Virus record (IMG/VR): IMGVR_UViG_3300025853_000053
Coordinates: 1 to 64,000 of that record
DNA: 64,000 nt
Strand: one strand, 5' to 3'
DNA from: an uncultured virus (IMG/VR IMGVR_UViG_3300025853_000053)
Taxonomy: Duplodnaviria; Heunggongvirae; Uroviricota; Caudoviricetes
Shown here piece after piece: positions 36,289 to 45,078 of the stretch; the stretch's first letter is position 1, and every line of letters starts with the position of its first letter. The notes under the pieces were generated by a model. The model was given only the letters and a program-made list of their open reading frames with translations. It was not told the origin of the DNA and ran no database searches. The position numbers were made by a program, and so were the translations under genes.

Positions 36289-36825
36289 TCAAATCTTATA
36301 TTTTTCGAAGGGAATAATAATTTTCAAACCCTCTTCTACTTTTTGCAGTTTAGTGTAGTAGTCAGGATCTTCTACCAAATGATCCTTAGCTATCTCTGAA
36401 GCTAGATTCTCATCATCGGTATGTTCCATTTCTACCTTAATCCCCATCTGAAGTTGTTTTTCTAAGTGCGATAGCATCTTTTCTATAGCATCCCGATCAA
36501 CATGGTCCATAGAGTCATCATATGTGTGAAGGATAGCGATGTCCCTCAGGTTCTTATCTGAGGAAACACCACCTTCAATTTTTTCGTCAGAATCCTCCTG
36601 CAAATAAAGACCCTTCATCTTTTTCTTTATCTCTGCAGGGCTCATTGGCTTGGCGTTTAATTCCCAATTAGCTGCGGGGTTAATGATCTTCTTCTTTCCC
36701 TTCTTCCAATCGGGAAACGTCCAAAGCCATCTATTGTAACCCTTCCCAACTATCTCAAACCCCTTGTCTCCTGGTTGGATAGCAATGGGCGATTGAGGGG
36801 GAATATAACTACCTGTATTTGCCAT
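36289..36825 (-). CDS. DUF5661-like protein
   Basis: QLQMGIKVEMEHT...EIAKDHLVEDPDYYTKL. Confidence 0.7.
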   Translation of the reverse strand: MANTGSYIPPQSPIAIQPGDKGFEIVGKGYNRWLWTFPDWKKGKKKIINPAANWELNAKPMSPAEIKKKMKGLYLQEDSDEKIEGGVSSDKNLRDIAILHTYDDSMDHVDRDAIEKMLSHLEKQLQMGIKVEMEHTDDENLASEIAKDHLVEDPDYYTKLQKVEEGLKIIIPFEKYKI

Positions 36826-37031
36826 TATTCTATAACTGCTTCGATTTTGGATTTTGAAATTTGTGTGGTTTCAAAAAATCCTGTTGTTCCATCAAGGAAC
36901 TCTGCTACCTTTGTTTCAACCTCTAGCACAGACTCAGCTGCGATAAGAAATTCTGATTTGTGAATTACTGGATCACCATTTCTTTTGGTTTCAGTTGATT
37001 CAAAGCTAACTTTTGCTACGTAATATCCCAT
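36825..37031 (-). CDS. DUF4494-like protein
   Basis: YYVAKV...EFLIAAESVLEVE...ISKSKIEAV. Confidence 0.6.
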   Translation of the reverse strand: MGYYVAKVSFESTETKRNGDPVIHKSEFLIAAESVLEVETKVAEFLDGTTGFFETTQISKSKIEAVIE

Positions 37032-37093
37032 ATGTATAAAATTTACATCTTATATATCATAAAGGTAGTTTTATTCCATTTCAGTGTACACAG

Positions 37094-37117
37094 AAAAGGC
37101 AGCCGAATAGGCTGCCT
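37094..37117 (-). terminator. intrinsic terminator
   Basis: aggcagcc-gaata-ggctgcct followed by UUUU on the minus strand. Confidence 0.75.
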
Positions 37118-37140
37118 AATATCTGTTTGTAATTGGTTTC

Positions 37141-37317
37141 TTAAGAGTTGTTTTTCATCTCTTGAACGTCCAACCTTACTTGTTGAGCAAGCTTCTTAAC
37201 TTCTTGCATGGCTTGGCGAACTCTTGTTCCAGCTGCCTTATTGCCTTTTTCAACAAACTTTGCTACGTCAGCTTCTGCAGCTTCCATAACTTCTTTGATT
37301 CGATCGAAATTTTCCAT
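37141..37317 (-). CDS. histone H1-like protein, Hc1 family, 58 aa (below the ORF-track cutoff)
   Basis: MENFDRIKEVMEAAEADVAKFVEKGNKAAGTRVRQAMQEVKKLAQQVRLDVQEMKNNS; the KGNKAAGTRxR signature. Confidence 0.85.
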   Translation of the reverse strand: MENFDRIKEVMEAAEADVAKFVEKGNKAAGTRVRQAMQEVKKLAQQVRLDVQEMKNNS

Positions 37318-37338
37318 AATTGTTTAAATTTTCCTTAT

Positions 37339-37366
37339 TTATAGAATTGTTAAAAGTAAATGTTTC
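37339..37366 (-). promoter_or_regulatory. bipartite promoter-like motif GAAAC-N18-TATAA
   Basis: Upstream of the Hc1-like gene. Confidence 0.5.
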
Positions 37367-37374
37367 GATTTAGG

Positions 37375-37914
37375 TTATCTACTGATTATGAACGTTCCCT
37401 TGTGGGATCCTTCTTGCATAGACCATTCTGGCCCTAAGAAAGAAAGCAAAACGGATTTTACCATCTCTTCATAGTTTTCAATATCCATATTATCCTGCAT
37501 TTCGTCAAATATACGAATTACTTTTGGATTTTTCTCAAGATAATTTAGTAAAGCTTTGGATACCTGCTCCAAGAATCTGCTTAAATCGTTATCTTTAAGA
37601 GTGAACTTAGCATCGTTCAGGTCAGGAATCTCTGATTTCTTAATAGCAATGTCCTCTATGATTTCAGGGGCAATCTCATTTACATTGAGAATTGCATAGG
37701 AATTTTTAGGTCCCTCCATTGTCTCATACTGTGAATATTTACCAACTACCAGCATAAATCCTTTTTGGGATCCATTCTCAAGTTCTAATTGAAAAAGGTA
37801 GTTATAAATATCACCATCCTTCACTAGCAAAAAAGGGAAGGTTCCAAACCCATCTCCTTCGTTGACAGAGCTAGATTTTAGGAAGTCTGAGAAATTCTGT
37901 ATTCTTTTTTCCAC
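37375..37914 (-). CDS. hypothetical protein, putative head-packaged
   Basis: Starts MEKRIQNFSDFLKSSSVNE; GATATATA at 37934-37941. Confidence 0.7.
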   Translation of the reverse strand: MEKRIQNFSDFLKSSSVNEGDGFGTFPFLLVKDGDIYNYLFQLELENGSQKGFMLVVGKYSQYETMEGPKNSYAILNVNEIAPEIIEDIAIKKSEIPDLNDAKFTLKDNDLSRFLEQVSKALLNYLEKNPKVIRIFDEMQDNMDIENYEEMVKSVLLSFLGPEWSMQEGSHKGTFIISR

Positions 37915-37933
37915 TGGTTTATTTATATTTTTT

Positions 37934-37941
37934 TATATATC
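37934..37941 (-). promoter_or_regulatory. GATATATA late-promoter-like box
   Basis: Upstream of 37914. Confidence 0.65.
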
Positions 37942-39853
37942 ATCCCCTGACGCTTGTAATAAGGTCGTTGTAAAGATTAGATACCTCTTTTGGAACCATC
38001 TTTTTGAACTTAGAAAAGTCTTGGTCCTTCATAGCTTGTCTAACCTCAGTACCGCTCGTTACCCTTGGTGTTTCTACAATACCAAGGTCATCACTTATTT
38101 TGTCCTTAATATCAGACATCTTAACATAGTCTATCTGCTTAGTGTAGTCATCAATTCGGTCGGGGCCTGCACCAATTAACTTGGGATCATATCCCATGTC
38201 TACTAGTCTTGCAATAGCAGACCCAAGAAGACCTCTTGTAGCAAGGACATATCCTTCAATCTCCTCGTTATTAGCAACTATTGCATCCATATATCTTTTG
38301 ATTGCCTCCTCATCAAATGGGGATTTTCCAGACTTGTTGTGTCCAGGATAAACCACAACAACAAAAGATGGGAGATCGTTTTTCTCCATGAGATCCTTCG
38401 CCATCTTAAGATGTCCCTGGTGGAAAGGCTGGAATCTACCCATTATGACATTAACTGGTTTTCTTTCCTCCGTATCTTTCTCCTTGAGCATTTCTACCTC
38501 AGCCGGGATCTCCTCGTTATCAATGGTTTCTAACTTGCTGATAAATTCCTGATATGAGAAAAAAGGGTCTTCGCTGGAATCCGTATCGTCCTCTTCTTGC
38601 AGATATTCTACTGAAGGTAGGTTTTCCTTTCTAAATTCTCCAAAGCTAATAAATTTAGATTCGTTTACTTTCTTCTCTGGTTTTTTGATGTAGTCCTTAA
38701 TATCTTTAATCAAAATATTCATCTGATCCTTCATACCAGAAGTTATGATACCACCTGCTCTAGTTTTTATCTTCCTAAAGGAATTAAGAATGAGTTTAAA
38801 TAAAGACTCAAATGAGTCATCCTTCTCAACATATTTAAGAACTCTTCTGTCTTTAATCTTTTCCTTATTCAGTCTGAATTCATCCCTCTTTAAGTAATCA
38901 GGCTCCTCAAAATCAGTACCCTTATACTTCTCCTCATATTCATCCAGGAATTTAACAAATACGTCTCCCATAAAGGAAATGTATCTCTCGTCTTCAGACT
39001 CACCTTCAACTTCAAATTCAGAAAGATCTTTTTCCAAAATGAAATTCATCACATCAAGCAATGTGATTCCAAGAAAATCCGAAGGCTTTTTACTCTTTTT
39101 GTCAGCAAACTTTTGCTTAGCTATTTCAGTGAATATAGGATCCACCATTTTGGCTAATACAGTATCACTATCTCCATCGAGCTCTCCAAATCTAAAAACT
39201 ATACCCTCGACATCCTTATCTAGGTCGTCGTTAAGAGCAGTTTTAGTTAAATCCGGGTTTAGGGTCTTAATAACAAACCTAACAAAAGATTGTGTTTTGA
39301 ACCTTTCAACAAGATCTTTGAACGGCGTGTTCAAAAAATCCATAAGCTCAGATTTCTGATCTTCGTCCAACACCCCCTGGAAAACGATTGGTGGTCTTTC
39401 AACTCCAATCAGATCTGCCCAATTATCCAATTCTTCCTTATCCTGGATAGTACTTTCTATCTTACCGCCAGTACCCATTTTATGGATATAAGAGAGAATT
39501 AGATTATTCTTTGGTAATCTATCATACGAGATCTCTACAGGTTTGGTGTTTGAAAAATACTCAAGACCAAATCTCCATCCCCTAGGTATTTTTTCCAATA
39601 TGTTTGGTGGGAGTGATTCAATATACTGGATTGGCTTCTCATAATACTTCATGAGTGTTCTGTCCACAAGAGTTATAGGATTTCTTTGATCCCTCCTATA
39701 AAACCTAAAATTACCAGATTCTTTATCTCTCTCAAAAGAGAAAGCTGATCCGTCCATCTTTTCATTGATCGTTACGTAACGATTAAAAAGCTGGTTGACA
39801 AAATCAGATCCCTTCTTATTATAAATGTCATATAAGTGATTTATTCCCGCCAT
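37940..39853 (-). CDS. fusion of ATP-dependent ligase-like nucleotidyltransferase and HIGH-family cytidylyl/adenylyltransferase
   Basis: Motif I NEKMDGS, EYF, EGIVFR, LAKMVD; C-terminal GRFQPFHQGH, SPF, GAGPDR, SGTEVR. Confidence 0.75.
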   Translation of the reverse strand: MAGINHLYDIYNKKGSDFVNQLFNRYVTINEKMDGSAFSFERDKESGNFRFYRRDQRNPITLVDRTLMKYYEKPIQYIESLPPNILEKIPRGWRFGLEYFSNTKPVEISYDRLPKNNLILSYIHKMGTGGKIESTIQDKEELDNWADLIGVERPPIVFQGVLDEDQKSELMDFLNTPFKDLVERFKTQSFVRFVIKTLNPDLTKTALNDDLDKDVEGIVFRFGELDGDSDTVLAKMVDPIFTEIAKQKFADKKSKKPSDFLGITLLDVMNFILEKDLSEFEVEGESEDERYISFMGDVFVKFLDEYEEKYKGTDFEEPDYLKRDEFRLNKEKIKDRRVLKYVEKDDSFESLFKLILNSFRKIKTRAGGIITSGMKDQMNILIKDIKDYIKKPEKKVNESKFISFGEFRKENLPSVEYLQEEDDTDSSEDPFFSYQEFISKLETIDNEEIPAEVEMLKEKDTEERKPVNVIMGRFQPFHQGHLKMAKDLMEKNDLPSFVVVVYPGHNKSGKSPFDEEAIKRYMDAIVANNEEIEGYVLATRGLLGSAIARLVDMGYDPKLIGAGPDRIDDYTKQIDYVKMSDIKDKISDDLGIVETPRVTSGTEVRQAMKDQDFSKFKKMVPKEVSNLYNDLITSVRG

Positions 39854-39857
39854 CCTC

Positions 39858-40310
39858 TTAGTTCAATAGAATTTTTACGTTCCCCATGTCATCTGTGTTC
39901 TTAATAAGTACAGGCCCAAGTTGAATATCAACTCCAACAGTTACTTTTTGGTCCACTATAAGTTTTGCTAAACCTCTTATGATCGTTTCTATAAGAATTT
40001 TCGATCTTTCTTGTAATTCCATCTGATGTATTATAGCCAACTCTTCCAATAAAGATTCAACCTCGGGGGCTTCGTTTCGATTCTCCAATAGATGAAAAAC
40101 CTCTTTCTCAATTTCATAGTACTTTTGACCCTCCAGAAATACATTAGCACTTCCATCTTCCTCCCTCTCAATTACACCATTTAGACCAAGTACAGTGGAA
40201 AAAGAAATAAGTCCATCTTCTTCCCTAGCTACAAGTGATGGCGAATCCTTTTCCAGAAAAACCTCAAGTGCTCCGTAGATTAAATCATTATGTCTTTGAG
40301 TAAATTCCAT
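39858..40310 (-). CDS. hypothetical protein
   Basis: 150-aa ORF translationally coupled to its neighbours. Confidence 0.65.
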   Translation of the reverse strand: MEFTQRHNDLIYGALEVFLEKDSPSLVAREEDGLISFSTVLGLNGVIEREEDGSANVFLEGQKYYEIEKEVFHLLENRNEAPEVESLLEELAIIHQMELQERSKILIETIIRGLAKLIVDQKVTVGVDIQLGPVLIKNTDDMGNVKILLN

Positions 40311-41221
40311 TATTTGATCTCTGTGGGGATTTCAAATCCTCCGTTTATTAAGTACCTTTCTAGATCATCCCGGATCTCATCCTTCTTGTCTGCATGAACA
40401 AAGTTTGGTGAAGAAACTATTTTCCAAGCATCCTCAAAAGATTTAAGATCTTCCTTCCTAATTCCGCTACCAAACATCATCTCAACAAACTCATCTGGAT
40501 CCCTAGTTACCAAAGTACTTTCACCTTTAACTGTTTTAGGGCTTTTGAGTCTTTTTGTAGCTCCTTTGAAGGACTTTCTATTTTTGAAAATACCGTCACT
40601 CAATCTTAGGGCATAAGAATAGAAATCTTCAAGTTCGCCATTCTCGTCCTTAGATATCACTTCCTTCAAAGCAGAAAGGATCGCTTGGAAAAGCCAGTTT
40701 CTGTGAGCTGATTTGTATTTACTTTCGTTCTTTCTGTAATCTGGGGAATAGAAAATAAACTTAGCCCAGTCCATATCAGAAATTGGAATTAGATCCAATT
40801 GAACTATACCATTTTCAGCATCACCCTCTATAGGCCAGCCAATTGAAAGAACGTTGATTCCCCTCATTAATTTCATATCGGGTACAAACCCAAGTTTGTT
40901 ATGTAGTGTCTCTGAAAGGTTCTTATATAAAGCTCCAAGAACATCATCCTCGGAAACACCTAATCTTTTCGAAAGAAACTTTTTATCTATCCCGAGGTCA
41001 ATATCTCCAGATGTGTCGTTTTGATCTTTCTTCTTACCGATGCTACCAATGATAAGGTATTCCTTGTCTACCTCACCACCACCAAGCAAAGGGAAAAGGA
41101 TTTCTTTGATAGACTCCATAGTTTTTGGAACCTCACTCTCCTTTATCCTTCTGGATTCTTTTATCGCCGCTCCGCCTTCAAATAACGAAACGTAATCCCC
41201 AAATTTTAGCACGTTTCTCAT
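40310..41221 (-). CDS. Pol-beta superfamily nucleotidyltransferase
   Basis: IIGSIGKK...SGDIDLGID, third acidic residue in VQLDLI; N-terminal VLKFGDYVSLFE-GG. Confidence 0.7.
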   Translation of the reverse strand: MRNVLKFGDYVSLFEGGAAIKESRRIKESEVPKTMESIKEILFPLLGGGEVDKEYLIIGSIGKKKDQNDTSGDIDLGIDKKFLSKRLGVSEDDVLGALYKNLSETLHNKLGFVPDMKLMRGINVLSIGWPIEGDAENGIVQLDLIPISDMDWAKFIFYSPDYRKNESKYKSAHRNWLFQAILSALKEVISKDENGELEDFYSYALRLSDGIFKNRKSFKGATKRLKSPKTVKGESTLVTRDPDEFVEMMFGSGIRKEDLKSFEDAWKIVSSPNFVHADKKDEIRDDLERYLINGGFEIPTEIK

Positions 41222-41718
41222 TTTTCTAAATCAAAATAGTCTGTGGCAGAAAAGACGTAATCCTTGTAAAGCTGTTGATCTCTTCCTTGTGGGTTGTTTA
41301 TATCAAAGTCTTTACCAAAAGTCGACTTACCCTTTCGGATAGCATCCCTATAGAAAGTCTCATATTCACCCCTTTTGTTTTTTCCAGAGGCTTTAATTGA
41401 ATCTCCCCATCTGGATAACACCTGGTCTTTGTTTTTACTTAGATCCTCAACATCCATGCTTGCTGCCTTACCAGAATCAAATAGATCAGCAATTCCCTGA
41501 CCCAATTTTTGCAGTCCCTCTACAGCACCTCTTACAAGTCTCTGTAAAGCCCCGCCTTCATCATAAGTCATTTGATAGATTTTCTCAGCGCCGGTTTCTG
41601 CCTCTATGCTTCTCCTTTTCTGCTTAATCCACTCAGTAGCAGAATATGGTTCTCTTCTTTCAACATTCTCGTTGAGAAAACTTTGAAAATCTTTTATGTT
41701 ATCCATTATCTTCCTCAT
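41218..41718 (-). CDS. hypothetical protein, putative head-packaged
   Basis: MDNIKDFQSFLNE; GATATATA at 41725-41732. Confidence 0.7.
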   Translation of the reverse strand: MRKIMDNIKDFQSFLNENVERREPYSATEWIKQKRRSIEAETGAEKIYQMTYDEGGALQRLVRGAVEGLQKLGQGIADLFDSGKAASMDVEDLSKNKDQVLSRWGDSIKASGKNKRGEYETFYRDAIRKGKSTFGKDFDINNPQGRDQQLYKDYVFSATDYFDLEK

Positions 41719-41724
41719 TTATCC

Positions 41725-41732
41725 TATATATC
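41725..41732 (-). promoter_or_regulatory. GATATATA late-promoter-like box
   Basis: Heads the 41718-37940 operon. Confidence 0.65.
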
Positions 41733-41742
41733 GGACAAATGA

Positions 41743-43266
41743 TTAGAGATTAACATTAAAGATCTTGTACTTGAACTTTTCGTTCTTGTAGATCTCGATC
41801 CTTGCTTCGCTGTGTTTGAGGAGGTAATTCTTATATCTTGGGGAAGAAAAATCGTCAACAAAGTCAATCACATTAACCTTGTCCTTTCCATCCATTTTTC
41901 TCATTCCCCTACCAAGACTCTGCTTAATCAGGACCTCGCTCTTATAAGATTCAACTAAGAAAATGTTGTGAAGGTTGTTGATTGAGATACCGGTAGAGAA
42001 AGTACCGTATGTTGCAACCAGGATTTTATTCTCGCCATTGGCCATCCTAGATTTATATTCCTCCCTGAGGGATTCGTCGGTATCACCATCAACATAAAAG
42101 ACCTCTTTATCGTTGGTTATCTCTCTGAGCATATTCCAGATTTGCTTACCGTATTCGTCTTTTACGGATTGGAATAGCACTAAGGAATTCTTAGATGTTT
42201 TAGATATGAATTCAACGACATAGTTAAGCCTCTTCTCACTTTCTATTACAAGCTTTCTTTCAAGGTTATAAAGTTCATTGCCCTCAAGATTTTGTGAATT
42301 AGCTTTTAAATCTGCTAGCTTTCCCTTAATCTCATCATCCAGCCAATTCATCCGTACTACCTTGATGTGAACTGGTGTTGCATGTTTATTTTTGAAAAGG
42401 AAATCTGGGGAAATTTCAACGACAACAGGGCCCAAGAATTGCTGTATGGTTAAATGGTCAGCTGATCCCCTTTTAGTAAGAGTCCCAGTTAAACCAAATC
42501 TCCACTTACTGTGCATACATTTAGCAACAATCTTCTTAATCGACATTGAGTTGGTGTGATGAGCCTCGTCAACAAAAACTGCATCAATCTCCTCAAAGAA
42601 ATCTTCGTCTTTCTTAACCAATGATTGGAAAGTACCTATAATAAGGTCACACCCATCTCTAAGTTTACTACCCCCTCCGATTTGTTGAATTCTTACCCCC
42701 AGTTCACCAATACCATAGTCTATAAAGTCATCATTTCCTTGGAAGACTAGGTTAGTGTTTGGTACAATCATTAAGAACTTTCTAATAAGTCCCCTCTGCT
42801 TAAGAAAAGCAAAAATCATGAAAGATATAAGGGTCTTACCAGAAGATGTAGCAATCTCAGATACCGAATATCTGTATTTTACAATTTTCCATGCAGCTTC
42901 AACCTGATAATCACGCGGGGTAATTTCTTTGTCGTCAAAAAATCCATCCACCCATTCCTGGAATTCCTCCAGAGTTAAGTCACTGAGTATTATCTTATCA
43001 AGGCCCTCAATGTCAATTTCTATATTAAACTCTTTTCCTATTTCTAGGACCTCCCTCCAGAGACCAATAGGAACCTTCCAAAAGGCACCTTTCTTTTCTA
43101 TAAAGCAAATATTACCGTCCCAGATCTTCTTCTTAACCAATGGGTGAAAATACCAGTTGTGTATTTTCTTGGTTAGAGAGATCTCAATTTGCCTTTTTTC
43201 TATCTCATCATTAGATTGAGCAAGTATTAGCCATTGTTGATCTTCGGATACATTAAACTTAATCAT
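41743..43266 (-). CDS. uvsW: UvsW-like SF2 DNA helicase
   Basis: PRDYQ, ATSSGKT, IVPNTNLV, VDEAH, GLTGT, FSTGISI, QSLGRGMR. Confidence 0.9.
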   Translation of the reverse strand: MIKFNVSEDQQWLILAQSNDEIEKRQIEISLTKKIHNWYFHPLVKKKIWDGNICFIEKKGAFWKVPIGLWREVLEIGKEFNIEIDIEGLDKIILSDLTLEEFQEWVDGFFDDKEITPRDYQVEAAWKIVKYRYSVSEIATSSGKTLISFMIFAFLKQRGLIRKFLMIVPNTNLVFQGNDDFIDYGIGELGVRIQQIGGGSKLRDGCDLIIGTFQSLVKKDEDFFEEIDAVFVDEAHHTNSMSIKKIVAKCMHSKWRFGLTGTLTKRGSADHLTIQQFLGPVVVEISPDFLFKNKHATPVHIKVVRMNWLDDEIKGKLADLKANSQNLEGNELYNLERKLVIESEKRLNYVVEFISKTSKNSLVLFQSVKDEYGKQIWNMLREITNDKEVFYVDGDTDESLREEYKSRMANGENKILVATYGTFSTGISINNLHNIFLVESYKSEVLIKQSLGRGMRKMDGKDKVNVIDFVDDFSSPRYKNYLLKHSEARIEIYKNEKFKYKIFNVNL

Positions 43267-43275
43267 CCACCTATT

Positions 43276-43722
43276 TTATTTTATCGTGCTCGCCCTCAAA
43301 TATTCTTCAAGCGCAATCCTAGATTTTATACCATAGAGCATATGATCAACAGTCTGAATTGTTTGGTCGATGAATTTGCGGTGTCCCTCAACTAGCTGTA
43401 TTTTTTCCACAACGTCTGCAACATCTCCCTCTATAAGTAATTTGGTCTCGTTTGATCCGTATCTCACATCACTGTTTACAGTATAATCTCTTAGTTTTGA
43501 AGCCCTCAACTTTCTTTCCTTTGTAGCAAGTTTGCTGACAATCTGAGCTAGTTTGTAGCTATATTCTAACAGTATTTGTCTATTAGAAAAAAGCTCTACC
43601 TGTGCTTCAGCAACGGTCCTAATGCTTTTTAAGCTCAGTGATATTACTTGGATTTTTTCTTTCCATTCAGCTCTTTCACTTTCAAAAAGCTTACCGTAAT
43701 CAGTTTTTTGTTGCTCTGACAT
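43276..43722 (-). CDS. uvsY: UvsY-like recombination mediator
   Basis: Helical 148-aa protein next to uvsW; IEGD...TIQTVDHMLYGIKSRI pattern. Confidence 0.6.
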   Translation of the reverse strand: MSEQQKTDYGKLFESERAEWKEKIQVISLSLKSIRTVAEAQVELFSNRQILLEYSYKLAQIVSKLATKERKLRASKLRDYTVNSDVRYGSNETKLLIEGDVADVVEKIQLVEGHRKFIDQTIQTVDHMLYGIKSRIALEEYLRASTIK

Positions 43723-43723
43723 A

Positions 43724-43972
43724 TTAGAATAATTCGTTGCCTTTGTTTTTAGTCTTTTTACCTAGCTTTATTTCCTTTACCGAGGATTTCTTAAGTCTTG
43801 GGGTTCCTATATCAATATTAGAGGCTTCTACCTTAATATCTTCCTCATTAAATCTATCAAGAAAAGATACTGGAAATTTTACGTCTCCCTCTTCTGAATT
43901 TAAGCTCTCCTCCCATTCATGGGTTTGGTCTATAGTTGGCATCTCAAGCATATATGAAATCGGATAAATCAA
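43724..43972 (-). CDS. hypothetical protein
   Basis: Short ORF between primase and uvsY; ends NELF. Confidence 0.55.
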   Translation of the reverse strand: MIYPISYMLEMPTIDQTHEWEESLNSEEGDVKFPVSFLDRFNEEDIKVEASNIDIGTPRLKKSSVKEIKLGKKTKNKGNELF

Positions 43973-45005
43973 GTATTTCCTCCGTAAAGTAGTTATCCAA
44001 TCTCCTTATTTTTATTCTCTTCGCTCGAAGAAAATTTACAAGGTCATTTAAGTCCCATTTCTTATTTATCGGAAGTTCGTGATCCACCAAAAACTTCTTC
44101 CAATTGAACACCCTTTTACCTGCAGATAGAAGTTCAGAATGTTTTTGTCTTCCTGCATTATCCCAGTCATACCAGTATTGTACATTTTCAACATCAAACG
44201 GAAATTTGTTTTCTATAGAACAAAGTGCAACCGAATTTTTCCAGAGCCATGAATCCATTGGACCCTCGAAGATTGTGATGGTTCGGTCAAAAGAAATCCG
44301 CCCCACATTAAAAACAAATGATACTGGATCTATCTTTTTTGCCTCTTCTATCAAATTTTGATCGTCCGTCTTAAGAAGCTTTTCCCATATTCCACTTAGT
44401 TTATATGTGTAATATTTGGAACCATATGTGGAATCCATATTTCTAAATTGCAAACCCAATATCTCATTATCCTTAGATAGATTGAAGAGATATAGTTTAC
44501 CAGTTTCAGGATCCCAGGCAAACTTGTCATCGGATTGCTGGTTTCTACGTATCAAATAGTTTTCCATCTTAGAGCCCTTAACCTCCTGGAGTCCCATTTC
44601 TTGCATGAATCTTTCCCTTGGAATAACTACGGATTTGAAATCAGTATCGAAAAACAAAGAAATATCTACGTCGCCATAAGTGGTTTGTCTCTTTTCCTTA
44701 CCCTTCTTGATCAGGTCAATTATATCCCTTTTTTCATCTCCATCAAGTTTTGATACAACCTGAAAATCACGAAACATAGAGAAAGCATCCTTGTAAATCC
44801 CACAACCACCATTATAGCATTTATAGGTGAGGGTATCAACGTAGAAATTTCCCCTCTTCTTTCTTGGATTTGAAGAATCCCCACAATATGGACAAGAAAT
44901 ATTTAATCTATTACCAGCCTCATATATCTTTTGTTTGCCAGCATTTCCAGCAAACTCTTTTCTTAAAATGTCATCTAAAAGTTCCCTAATTCTACCCAAA
45001 TCCAT
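43944..45005 (-). CDS. DNA primase (gp61-like)
   Basis: Zn ribbon CPYCGDS...CYNGGC; TOPRIM FEGPMDS, YDWDNAG, DLND. Confidence 0.9.
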   Translation of the reverse strand: MDLGRIRELLDDILRKEFAGNAGKQKIYEAGNRLNISCPYCGDSSNPRKKRGNFYVDTLTYKCYNGGCGIYKDAFSMFRDFQVVSKLDGDEKRDIIDLIKKGKEKRQTTYGDVDISLFFDTDFKSVVIPRERFMQEMGLQEVKGSKMENYLIRRNQQSDDKFAWDPETGKLYLFNLSKDNEILGLQFRNMDSTYGSKYYTYKLSGIWEKLLKTDDQNLIEEAKKIDPVSFVFNVGRISFDRTITIFEGPMDSWLWKNSVALCSIENKFPFDVENVQYWYDWDNAGRQKHSELLSAGKRVFNWKKFLVDHELPINKKWDLNDLVNFLRAKRIKIRRLDNYFTEEILDLSDFIYA

Positions 45006-45025
45006 ATTAATCCTAGTTTACAGTT

Positions 45026-45065
45026 AAAAAAGAAAGGGGGCAGCAATTCTCATTGCCAAGCCCCC
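45026..45065 (-). terminator. probable intrinsic terminator
   Basis: ggggg..gcaat-tctc-attgc..ccccc stem with U-rich tail after the ssb gene. Confidence 0.6.
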
Positions 45066-45078
45066 ATTCAAGATAGAT

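Noticed and set aside
37162..37344. 60-aa plus-strand ORF
   Set aside because: Antisense to the Hc1-like gene 37141..37317, which has a family signature and a terminator.
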